From Piromyces finnis finn (lineage: Eukaryota; Fungi; Neocallimastigomycota), in assembly GCA_002104945.1 (NCBI GenBank), contig MCFH01000023.1:620001-684000 (forward strand): 64,000 bases of DNA, given 5' to 3'. Positions 1-14,181 of the stretch are shown here, piece by piece. Position 1 is the first letter of the stretch; each line of letters starts with the position of its first letter. The translations under genes and the position numbers were made by a program. A model generated the notes under the pieces. The model was not told where the DNA came from, searched no databases, and saw only the letters and a list, made by a program, of their open reading frames with translations.

Positions 1-179
1 GTCTTATTGATTAAAACAATAATTATTTATTTTAATTATTATTATTTAAATTATTTCAATTATAATACAATTATAGCACAATTAAAAATTTACAATATGC
101 ATCATACTATATTTTTAACTATAAAATTAATATTATTATATACATATATATTCTCTAATTGACAGTACTTTTAATATAT

Positions 180-1442
180 TTATATTACAGATTTTAATTC
201 TTGAACAAAATTATCCAGCACTTCACCAACAATTTTTTGATCGGATGGAGTACCATATAAATTAACACAAAATGATAAAATTTTATCAAAAGAACAAATA
301 GACATTTCGAAATTTGGGGCATACTTTGTTGAACCAGTTAATAAAACAGAAGATGCTTCAATATTCTTAAAATGTATTTTTGATTTATCAATAGTACCCA
401 AATTGGTAATTTCTAATGGATATGGTGAATAAACACTATCTATAATACTTTTACATAATCGATATGGGAATAATTTTTTAATAATCTCAGTGATATATAG
501 ACCCTTGATACAAAATATATTCTCTTTTTCTCTATTTAAACATTGTGCTACTTTATTCAATGTTTCCTCAAAAGTATCTCCAAGTTCTGAGCCAATATCA
601 CAATCAATAGTAGTTAGCATATTAGTAAAACCTTTTGTTTGTTTGTTTTGTAAATATTTTCGCATATTAATATCACATAAAATAATAACAGTTCTATTAA
701 ACTTTTTATAGAATGTTCTCATTAAAGCAGTAAAGAATAAATCATTAAGAGTAACTTGTTTTTCCTTTGAATACACCTTAAGTTTATCAAAATCTTCTTG
801 GGTTAAAGTTCTTTTTTCCAAAAATAGGCGACTTGGATCACCTTCCAATTCTAAATGAATATTTTCATACTTTGGTTTATCTTTTGAAAATAATATATTA
901 AAATTTTTTTTTAAAGAAAGGGAACGGTAAAACTGTGCCATACCTCTATCCCCCATTGATGAATAGTCAGTTACGTTTTCTGGATATGAATATAAATCAC
1001 AAAACATGTATAATAAATTTTTAAAATCGGTAGCATCACAAATCATATGATTAATAGATATAAGAAGTGAATCATGATCTTCATACTGAACAATAACAAA
1101 TCGAATTTGAGGTCCATTGTCATAATCTATATTTTTTTTAAAGTTTTCCATTATAATTTCATCTTCTTTTCCTTTTTTACCTTCAATAACAAAAATAAAA
1201 TCTTCTATTGGAAATTCATAAAATATCCATTTTGAAGTAAATATATTTTCAGAAGCTTTGCATGAAATTAATGGGAACAAGTTAATGGTTAATTGTACTG
1301 TTTTTTTAAATTGTTCTATATCAATTTTTCCTTTTAATTTTATGATAAATCTCATTATGCTATTAGAGTATTTTCTATCAATGAAAATACGTTGTAGCAT
1401 ATCAAATGACTCAAACTTGAAAATTTTGTTTTTATTTCCCAT
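180..1442 (-). CDS. Stand-alone condensation-domain / CoA-dependent acyltransferase protein (NRPS C-domain-like, Atf/PapA-type), 420 aa, intronless
   Basis: Uninterrupted ORF. Active-site-like motif SINHMICDA (HHxxxDG variant keeping the second His and the Asp), preceded by GPQIRFVIV. C-terminal ITNLG segment typical of these acyltransferases. Confidence 0.75.
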   Translation of the reverse strand: MGNKNKIFKFESFDMLQRIFIDRKYSNSIMRFIIKLKGKIDIEQFKKTVQLTINLFPLISCKASENIFTSKWIFYEFPIEDFIFVIEGKKGKEDEIIMENFKKNIDYDNGPQIRFVIVQYEDHDSLLISINHMICDATDFKNLLYMFCDLYSYPENVTDYSSMGDRGMAQFYRSLSLKKNFNILFSKDKPKYENIHLELEGDPSRLFLEKRTLTQEDFDKLKVYSKEKQVTLNDLFFTALMRTFYKKFNRTVIILCDINMRKYLQNKQTKGFTNMLTTIDCDIGSELGDTFEETLNKVAQCLNREKENIFCIKGLYITEIIKKLFPYRLCKSIIDSVYSPYPLEITNLGTIDKSKIHFKNIEASSVLLTGSTKYAPNFEMSICSFDKILSFCVNLYGTPSDQKIVGEVLDNFVQELKSVI

Positions 1443-1590
1443 TTTTCACAAATTTAACAATTATAATAGTTTAATTTGTTAAGAAAAATATTTATTTTAT
1501 TTAAAATACATAAATAATTTTTTTTTTATTATTTTTCTTATTAAATAAACTCATTAATTTTATTTGATATTTCAACCTATCATAAAATAC

Positions 1591-1593
<3 letters not shown>

Positions 1594-1627
<34 letters not shown>

Positions 1628-2147
1628 CTTCCATATATCCTCATCTAACCCCCCTGAGTTATATATGGTATGTGATTGTACATTATTGTACATTGCCATA
1701 TCAGAACGACGTCGGCACAATCATCCCTCTGGGCAGGGCTAATATGGAATGGCTTATTGCTCTTAACGATCCTATCACACAAAGACCGAGCTACCAACAC
1801 CAGTGATCTCCTGAACCTTTATTGGCGAAGGATGATTAACGATGAGAACAACCCTCAAAGACCATAGTTAGTAATCTGTGAATTAATTGATACCCCTTCC
1901 TACATATACTCTAAACTTCAGTGGGAAAACCGCTTGATACGGAGAAAACTACCAATCTGAATTAACTGCTTAGGGTAGAGTCCGGTGGTATAGTTATACT
2001 TACCTGAATTGACCTTTAACCCCTATACTTTAAGCGCAAACCTGAAACAGGAAAATCGCTAAAGAACTGTCAATGGCGGGGGTCGAACCAGAAGCCTTAT
2101 GAATGCTAAGCGGGGGTCTTAACAACCAGGATAGAAACTGGAACGAC
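1594..2147 (-). mobile_element. tRNA-derived SINE, full length, with poly(A) tail and 15-bp TSD
   Basis: TSD ATCATAAAATACTAT at 1579-1593 and 2148-2162. T-run to 1624 is poly(A) on the minus strand. The 5' 79 nt (2147-2069) keep tRNA arm spacing: D-stem GTTT/AGAC, loop TTAGCAT, B-box GGTTCGACCCC (2089-2079). Body is roughly 40% GC in a very AT-rich background. Confidence 0.85.
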
Positions 2148-2713
2148 ATCATAAAATACTATAATTGTTTTTGTTTTGTTAATTAATAATTCATAATTCA
2201 TATGAACAAAATGTTAAAATGAGCTAATACTTTTTTATGAATTAAAAATAAAATGACATAAATATTTTATTGTATGTATGTATATAAAAGTAATCATGTT
2301 AAAACAAATATTATTTTTATTATTATTGTATTTCTTATTATAAATATATAATAGCATATTTTCTTTATTATTATTACATATTTTCATTCATACCTGATAA
2401 TTATATATTTATAATATTTTATGAAATATTAATCAATACGATAAATAGCAATATAATGCCTAAACCTAATATTTTTATATTCTTCTTTTTTAACTTTAAT
2501 ATTTTCTATATTAACTTTACTATGTAGACTTTTGTGTTTTTATTAATATGAAAAAGTTCAATATAATAATATCTATTATTAATTTATTAGATAGGTCAGC
2601 TTTTCCGTAAAAAAAATTTTAAAACCTTATTTTTGTATAATGTATAATAATTAAAAAAAATTAATAGTAAATATTTTGAAGTATTTAATACATAAATTTA
2701 AAAAATAGATAAA

Positions 2714-3363
2714 ATGTTTTTAGGAGTACCAAAATTAAAAAGGCGTCTTTCAATTAATACTCTCACGGAGACTGTAAATGACCAAGTTTTACAATGTGAT
2801 AATTTAAGAAAAAAGCTATACCAAGTTAAAAAACAATTAAATGAAATTCACGAGAAAGTACTTTCTGAAAAAAAGCAACAAAATGATTTTGAAGTATTAT
2901 ACAAGGAAGCTCAAGATTTAATAGAAAAAACAGATAAAAGAATAAAAGAAAATTATAATATGGTTAAACAGTCAGTAGAATTAGATGCAAAATTAGAAGC
3001 CAACGGTAGAGGTGAATTAAAAACTTTAAATTTGAAATTTCATAAAAACAAAATGTTTTTAATGAGAAATTTATTAATTATTATTTATATTATTAAAGCT
3101 ATTTAAATATCATTTCATTACAATAATTAAAAATTATTTATATAAAAAAAACTTATTCATCTTTAATAACAAATAAATAATATTATTATAACCATATAAT
3201 AGATGTAGTATCCATTGAAAATAAAAAACTGAATGACAAAATTGAATGTTCTAAAGAAGAATTTAGAAAATTCAGAATAGAATTTCATGATAACTTAAAG
3301 CAAATTAAGATAAAGTTAGCGAAATATGAATATTATTATGGATACAAAACTGAAGAAGCATAG
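2714..3363 (+). CDS. Small coiled-coil protein of unknown function, 2 exons (2714-3011, 3203-3363)
   Basis: Donor AGAG|GTGAAT at 3012 and acceptor AATAG|AT at 3202 join in frame (NGR-D-VVSIENKK...KTEEA*). Heptad-rich, charged sequence. Confidence 0.6.
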
Positions 3364-3728
3364 CATATAAAATTAACAATAGATTTGTTTATTTTAATAT
3401 ATTTCTATTATGAATTGTTGTTAAAATGACATTGTTTAAAGGTTGACATTATTAAAAAGTTTTATTTTTAATCTTTGATAAATAAATAAATAAATAACAA
3501 ATAATTATAGTAAACGTTGTACATAGGAATTAATTTTAAAGTAAAAATACATTTTATTTTGTATTGTACTATTTATATATTATTTAATAATAAAACAAAA
3601 ATGATTTTTATATGATTATATATAAAATAAAAAAAATAAACACTTTTAAATAATTAAAAATTTTGTATTTAGTATTTTTTATAAAATTTCTTTTTTTTTT
3701 TTTTATTTGTAAAAACATTTATAATTAG

Positions 3729-4097
3729 AATGACCTCGCATATGTAAGTTCCCATTGATTTTCCCCATTGGTTTTACCATGGGTTAGGTTGTGGTATTCA
3801 GGTAAGTTTTAATACACTTTCTAATTTACTACTATGATAATAACACTCGTCAAGCCGACTAAAAGTGTACATGGCACATTTCAAATTAGAACTTTATAAG
3901 TGGTAACTTAAACTATACCAAAATACACAAGCAACATTAGTGATTAGTGTAAACATTAGGATGCTGTTGACACACGTGATCATGTTGAATATATGAGGCT
4001 TGGCATTACTGTTGGAAATATCGTACAACAGCATGAATCTAATGTAAATGGATTATTAAGCCAGCCAGATCATATAAATTTTGAATTAATAAGATAA
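3729..4097 (+). pseudogene. Possible decayed intron-containing gene or TE relic
   Basis: GC-elevated island with splice-like signals (CAG|GTAAGT near 3801, TTAG|GAT at 3959). One clean 46-codon terminal-exon-like frame at 3960-4097 (DAVDTRDHVEYMRLGITVG...). Upstream segments contain stops. Confidence 0.3.
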
Positions 4098-5095
4098 TTG
4101 ACAATTAATAATGGAAAAACATATTTAAAACATAATAATTTTCATTTACTATTTATAAATAATTACTTAACAATCATAGTAATGTATGTATCTATAAAGA
4201 TTTTATTTTTAAAATTTTATATTAATAATTATATGGTAATAATTGTATTTTATTTATTCAATTAATAATAATTATAATAATAATAATCCTATTATTTATA
4301 TCAAGGTATTCATAAATATTTATTTGTTTTTATTATTATATAATCAAATATGTAGCATTATATTTAATGTAGACATTGTTATAGTAAAATCTAAAGTTGT
4401 TTTTTTTTTTTCATCCCCACCATCAATAGTATATAAAAATAGTTAATTCATTAAAATCTTGATTTCTACATTGTATACATTCTTATCAAAATATTATTTA
4501 AAAAAAAAAAAAAAAACTATTTTAGTATGTTCATAATAGTAATTATTTATATTTATATATAATTATAATAAAGATTTAATTATATAAATATAAATTAAGT
4601 TCACTATATTTTTAATTTTAACTATTAATATTGGCATGGCTAGGATTATATATATATATTTTTCATTACTAAAATTAATTAAATAAAAAAAAAAAAACAT
4701 CTAAAATGGAATACAAATACATCATTAAATGAGTTAATTACTATAATAGTTAATAATAAAATTTATAATCCTTATCATCTATTTAAAAAGAATTGAAAAT
4801 ATTACATTTTAAAAATAAAATAAAAAATACATTTATTTGAAATATACTTTTTTTATTATATTAAAATTGTGATGTGTTAACTTTCAAATGATATATCATA
4901 TATATATATAAAAATATATATAATTCAAATATTATAATATATAATTAAAAAAAAAAAAAAAAAGAAAAACTATAATACAATTACTTTTTTTAATAATACT
5001 TTTAAAATATCAGAATTAGTAATAATAATAACATTTAAAAAAAAAAAGAGAGAGAGAGAAATTAATATAATAAAAAATTAAAAAAAAAAAATAAA

Positions 5096-7909
<2,814 letters not shown>

Positions 7910-8195
7910 AATAATTAAAATTACCTATTATTATGACATGCATATAATCAAAAAAAAAGAAAAAAGAAAAAGAAAAAAATTATTTAAAAAAGGGTTATAA
8001 TAACAGAATAATAGGATTAAATAAATAAATTTTATATATTTAATAATTACTTATAACTTATCATTGTAACAACTTCAATAATAAATAATTTTATTTAAAA
8101 AAAAAAAGAGGTTAATTATTATCCTATTAAATCCCATTAAACTTTTCTATGTTTTTATTATATATTTATATTTTTATAGTTTTTTATTACGCTGG

Positions 8196-8227
<32 letters not shown>

Positions 8228-8303
8228 AAATGATAGTTAATCTGATTATTTATTTACATCTTATAATATATATTAATAGGTAATTTTAACTTCTTTTTTA
8301 TTA

Positions 8304-8412
<109 letters not shown>

Positions 8413-8505
8413 TCTAGAAATATTTAAAAAAAAAATAATAATTATTTGGTTTTATTTCATTTTCTACTTGAATAATATTTTATAAACACTTAAATATATA
8501 TTTCT

Positions 8506-11013
8506 TTATACTATTAAATTATATATAATAATGAAAAATAAGGTAAAGAACCAAAGATAATAACTATTTGCATTAAATGATAGTGAAGATGAAGAGGCAA
8601 TAGATTGTAATATTTTATAATTAGTCATTTCGACATTAAGTGAAAGAGATGCATGAATATCGTTTTTATCAACATGTTTATCAAAAAAAGGTCCTAATAC
8701 TAAATCCATTTTAATAGTTGAATTTTGTCTATCAGTAAAAATATCTTTTCCACCTTCTAACGATCCTTTATCCCCATATACTAGAGTCACTTGACCTTTA
8801 TCAAAATTTATCGTATTTGAACTAACATCAGACCAATACATTTTTGATGAATCAACATCAATTAAAACTTGTAATTTTGCATCTTTCTGAGATTTAATGT
8901 TCCATTTTTTTACCATAAAATTTAATCTATATTTTGTAGGATCTACATCTAAATTGAATTCATCTTTTTGTCTCATGCCACATTTTGAACTGCAAGTATA
9001 TAACTTTTGAAAAACTTCAACTTCTTTATCTATATTACCATTTGAATCCATTTGCCTAAACAATCTCTTTATTTCTACAATACCTCCACTAACATTTTGA
9101 CTATTATCTACAACTATCGGTTTTTCAGCTTCGTTTTCATTATTTAGATCTAAATAATTTAATACTTCGAAATTAGTTTCATTAAAACCTATTTCTATGA
9201 TCCGTTTTATCTTAAAAAATAGTTTTAATGAAAAATCATTTTTTCCAATAATATCTTTTACCAAATAGTTAGGCTTATTGCTATTAATATTATTTGGCTC
9301 TCCTTCATATGGTCCTATTTCAAATTCATTATTATTATATACATTATCTTTTTTACTATATGGATTATTTCTAAAATCATTATTATAATTATTGAAATTA
9401 AAATTATTGTTGTTGAACGTATTGAAATAATTTCTTTCATTATTTATCATTCTATTGGCATAATTGTTTTCTATATTATTATTTTCTATTAAATATTTAT
9501 TTAATTGGCTTCTTTTATAATCATAATAATAATCTCTTTTTTTATTATGGTTCTCTAATTTTTTTATTTCCACACCCATGGCTAAATCATTGTCCTTTTT
9601 AATTTTCCACAAAACTTCTGTATTTTCGGGATCTTTAAAAAATACTCTTGAAATAATTTCTTTTTCCGGAATATCCTTTACTTCATTTGCATCAATTATA
9701 TATGTAGGAAAAGGTCTATTAACAGTTGTTGTTGCAAATATAATAGTTGAAGTGGTCTTTCCTTGTCTATCATCAATAGACTTTATATTACCAATAACAT
9801 ATGGAATTTTTTTCATTTGCTGTGGTCCTTCTTTTCCTTTATCTAATAGTATTTTTCCTATAATTACAGCTAGAAAAGTCGATACCATTACTCCTATACA
9901 AAGACACGAGCATCTAATAACATATATATAAATATTTTTTTCAAAAATAAATATTCGAATAAACTTATAGTAATTAAAATAAATATAAAAATCATATATA
10001 TTATATACATACATCAATACAGATTTTTGCAAAGTTATTGATTTTTTATCCCTTTTTATTAATTTATTTTGATTTGGAAATTGACTGAAAGAATTGTTAT
10101 TTATATTTGAATTGTATGTGTTATTATTTGGCAATATATTCTGCCTTTTATTTGAAATTGCATCATAGGAAGGAGGTATGTCCTCTTCAGTTGTTGTTGA
10201 TAATACTTTTGATACTGATGGAATATATTCATTCGCTGGAGCATTTGGAAACTGATTTATATCATGTACTATATATTTATTTTTTAACTCTACACTACGA
10301 TTTAAATTATTACAATTATTAACATCTGTATTATTTATATTATCATCATTAGTATCATTTGGTGGTGAAGGAAATCTATCTATATTAAATATTAATGATT
10401 TAGTTCGAGGTATAATATCTGATGAAATATCTACATTACTAATATTTGAATGTGAATTTCCTTTACTGATCTTTTTTATTTTTTCACTTGTACTTTCTTC
10501 ATTTTCAAAAGAAGGGGGTGAAGGAAACAATGATGGATCAATAATAATTTCATTTTTATTTAATAACGTATTAGGATTATTAGTAACTATAGCAGATTCT
10601 CTTACAACTGCACTTACTGGTTTATGAGGTGCCATTACTTCAGTTTCTTTTTCTTTATTATCAAGTATTGCAACGGGTATATTATTATTTATAATCACTA
10701 TAACATCTAATGGAAATTCCTTCAAATTTTCATCTTTCGATGAAAAATATTCATCTAATATCTGAAAAGGTTTATCTAAATCTACTGAATCAAATAAATC
10801 TTTAGGATTAGATGACTTTTTAAGTCTTTCATCATCTAAAGTGATAAATTCTTTCAATTTTATTATTTTCATTTTTCTATATACATGACTTTCAAAATCT
10901 AAATGTTCTATAATTTTTTGTTTTAAATTATAAATTGTATCTTTCGGTGAAACATTCACCATAAAACCCTGACTAGGGTCATCACCCCATAATAAACAAG
11001 TTATATTTAACAT
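8506..11013 (-). CDS. Membrane protein with Crinkler-type N-terminal ubiquitin-like domain; one probable 99-bp in-frame intron (9914-10012); internal TM helix; hydrophobic C-terminal tail
   Basis: N-terminus MLNITCLLWGDDPSQGFMVNVSPKDTIYNLKQKI resembles CRN N-domains. Removing GTATGT...TTAG (10012-9914) gives KSVLICSCLCIGVMVSTFLAVIIGKILL (TM). C-terminus SSSSLSFNANSYYLWFFTLFFIIIYNLIV is GPI-signal-like. Confidence 0.7.
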   Translation of the reverse strand: MLNITCLLWGDDPSQGFMVNVSPKDTIYNLKQKIIEHLDFESHVYRKMKIIKLKEFITLDDERLKKSSNPKDLFDSVDLDKPFQILDEYFSSKDENLKEFPLDVIVIINNNIPVAILDNKEKETEVMAPHKPVSAVVRESAIVTNNPNTLLNKNEIIIDPSLFPSPPSFENEESTSEKIKKISKGNSHSNISNVDISSDIIPRTKSLIFNIDRFPSPPNDTNDDNINNTDVNNCNNLNRSVELKNKYIVHDINQFPNAPANEYIPSVSKVLSTTTEEDIPPSYDAISNKRQNILPNNNTYNSNINNNSFSQFPNQNKLIKRDKKSITLQKSVLMYVYNIYDFYIYFNYYKFIRIFIFEKNIYIYVIRCSCLCIGVMVSTFLAVIIGKILLDKGKEGPQQMKKIPYVIGNIKSIDDRQGKTTSTIIFATTTVNRPFPTYIIDANEVKDIPEKEIISRVFFKDPENTEVLWKIKKDNDLAMGVEIKKLENHNKKRDYYYDYKRSQLNKYLIENNNIENNYANRMINNERNYFNTFNNNNFNFNNYNNDFRNNPYSKKDNVYNNNEFEIGPYEGEPNNINSNKPNYLVKDIIGKNDFSLKLFFKIKRIIEIGFNETNFEVLNYLDLNNENEAEKPIVVDNSQNVSGGIVEIKRLFRQMDSNGNIDKEVEVFQKLYTCSSKCGMRQKDEFNLDVDPTKYRLNFMVKKWNIKSQKDAKLQVLIDVDSSKMYWSDVSSNTINFDKGQVTLVYGDKGSLEGGKDIFTDRQNSTIKMDLVLGPFFDKHVDKNDIHASLSLNVEMTNYKILQSIASSSSLSFNANSYYLWFFTLFFIIIYNLIV

Positions 11014-13654
11014 TTTGATTAAAATATGAATTATTAAATAAATTGGAAATCTAAAGAAAAAATAAAATACTTTTAATTATACTTTGAATTTAGTAATAAG
11101 TAATGGATTGATTGTAAAGAGTATTTAATAGATTTGTTTTGTTTTGTTTTAATTACTTTTGGTAAGAAAATAACATATTTATTCTCATTTTTATATTGTT
11201 AGTTTTCAATTTATTTGTACTATTATCTATTATTAAGATACTGTCACAATTTATTTTAATTTTACTTTATTTCATAATTTGCTTATTTTTATTATATGTA
11301 TTAAAATGATTATTTAAATCTTTTGATAAATGTTACTTTTACTATTAAATAAAAATATCTTATAAATTTATTCAAAAAAGAAAAAAAAAATAAAGAAAGA
11401 AAGAAATTAAAAAAAAAGTGTACTTAATCCAAAAGATTTTTTACTAAATTAAACTAGATCTTTTTTTATTTGTTTGTTTGTTTGTTTCAGTAATTATTCA
11501 TAAATTATCAAAAAGTTAAATCCCTTTAATTTTATTTTATTTGTTCTTATATATTTGTATATTTTAATATTAAGGATTTTTAATTATTTTTTCATTTATC
11601 AGAAAACAATTAAATTACAAAAAAAACTGAAGTACAAAGTCCACCTTATTTTTTAAAAAAAAATAAAATACAATAAAATACAATAAAAAAAAAATAAAAT
11701 AAAATAAAATAAAAATAAAAATATATATAATTAATAATAAACTTTATTATACTATGAATATGATTATAATTTTATATAATTAAGTTTTAAAATATATTAA
11801 ATATTGAAAAAAGTATTTTCATTTTTATTATTATATTTTACATATATAAACATTACAAATTTAAAATTAATATTCTATAAAACAATGATATTATTTTTTA
11901 CAACTAATCTATATAATTATTTATATAATATATTGCAATTTATTTTACAATATATTTGTATCATAGAATTATATATGGGCTTTTTATGAAATTATTATTA
12001 TTTTATTATCTTTTTATATTTATTTATTAATTCTTTATTTATGATGCTATATATATTAAAGTTAAATTCTCAAAAATATTATCCAACCAAAATAAATAAT
12101 TAATATTTAAGGTTAACCATACAATCCTATTTTTTAATACATAATAGAATTTAATATATTATATATTAATAATAATTAATATTTAATATATGGTATAGTA
12201 TAGTATTGAAATATAAAAACTAAGAAATTAATATAATGTTAGTAATATCATAATATAGTTTATAATTTATAATATAAAAATATTAAGAATGAATTTTAGG
12301 TTTTTGACAGGTAAAATTTCAATTACAATATTTTTGTATAAAAAATAAATGTATATAATATGTATTTGTTTATGTAAGATATCCATTCTATAATAAATAA
12401 AAATGATGTTGGCTCTACATTCATTTATTACATTATGTAAAATGCCTATACATTAGTTGTATTACAATATATTTTTTAATAAAAAATTTTAATTTCATCA
12501 CTAAAACATAAAACAGTCCTTTTAAATATAATTTATTATATTATTTTACTTTCCTCAGGCTAATACTTAATTAGATATTATACATATTTATTTTTCATAT
12601 TAAGGAATACAAAGATTTGTTATCTATTTAAAGCCTTTAGAATTATAATTTTTACAAAAACATATAATAAACATTTATATGAAAATTATTTTTAGATTAT
12701 AAATTTAAATAATTAAGTTTAATTTAATAATTAAGTCACATGTATATCAGCATGTGTGATCATATTTATATGTAATGCATAAAACAAAATAGTATATATT
12801 AAAGATCAATTATACCAATATATTTATTATCTTACTCATAATACATTATGTATTATAAATACATTATCTATATAACATTCTAACTAAAAATTTGGTAAAT
12901 ATTAAATATGTAATAAGGAATAACAAACATTTTTATTAAAATAAGATATTTTCTAATATACTTATATTTTTTTTATCTTAAAATTATTTGAATCGTTTTT
13001 AAATATCATCAATTAAAAAAAAAGGTGAAAGTAATAAAAATAGTTTATCCATGTTATATTTACATTTTTAGGTAATTAAATAATAAGAATAATAAAGAAT
13101 AATATCGTTTTGGCATATTGGTATTAATCTTTATTTATAATTTTAAATAATCTGATTAAAATTTAAATAATTTCATTTCAAAAGATGCGTTGATTAAATA
13201 ATATTTTAGAATATTATACAATTAGTAAAGTAATATTAAAATACTGTTTTAATTTCAAATAGAAATCTACAATATCGTTTTCATTAAAAGTAAATAGAAT
13301 TTCATAAAAAGTGTCGTTTATTTGGTATCAATATTTAGAAATTATTATTTTATAGCAAAAATATATATAAATCATAATGTTAAAAATTTAAATGTTATTA
13401 AATATAATTCATTATCATTTTAATAAGAAATTTCTATTATTATATTTTATATATTATACAAAGATACTATAAATTAATAAAATTTGAAAAGAAAGAAAAA
13501 AGAACTATCAAAATATTTTTTAATATCTATAAAATAATATTAAAATAAATCAATATCTGTTAAATTAATGAATTAATGTATAAATTAAATTTTTAAATAT
13601 TTAATATGGCTTTGCTTTAAATAAAAAAGTTCATATATATTGTATAATATAATA

Positions 13655-13703
<49 letters not shown>

Positions 13704-14181
13704 ATATAATAATATTTACTTCTTATTATTAAAAATAATGATAGGTTTAAATGATGAATGTAAATGGTATAACGGTAGATTATTATTTTCTTTTTATTAC
13801 AATTAATCTTGTTTATTATTATTGTTATTTATTTATTCATTCATTCTAAGTTTCTTAAAAAATATATTACTATGTACTAATGCATTTTTTATATGTTTTT
13901 TTTATTATTATTAAATACATATTTTAGTTCTGATTGATTAAGATTCAATAATACAAAATCATATACCATATATATTAAGAAAATAAATTAAAATAAAATA
14001 TTATTATGGAAATTTTGATGATACTATCCTGTTAAATATAATTATATTAGTAAGTGAAATTAAAAAAATAAAATTTCTATACAAATATTTATTAAATATA
14101 TAAATTTATTATAAATAAATATATAAAAATTAATTTTTTTTTAATATAATTTTAAATATATAATATTAAAAACATAAAGAT

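Noticed and set aside
2069-2147. Functional tRNA-Ala gene
   Set aside because: The anticodon stem (CCCGC/TCATA) and T-stem are broken, the D-loop is over-long, and it is embedded in a TSD-flanked polyadenylated element. Treated as a SINE head.
9578-10322. Short ORFs antisense or out of frame to real genes (also 490-711, 6467-6754, 7283-7681, 14473-14751, 16633-17010, 30206-31056, 41623-42086, 61435-61776)
   Set aside because: Shadow ORFs of long coding exons with no independent motifs.
12990-13322. Four TCGTTT-containing words within about 330 bp of intergenic DNA
   Set aside because: Too short and irregularly spaced to distinguish from chance without a background model.
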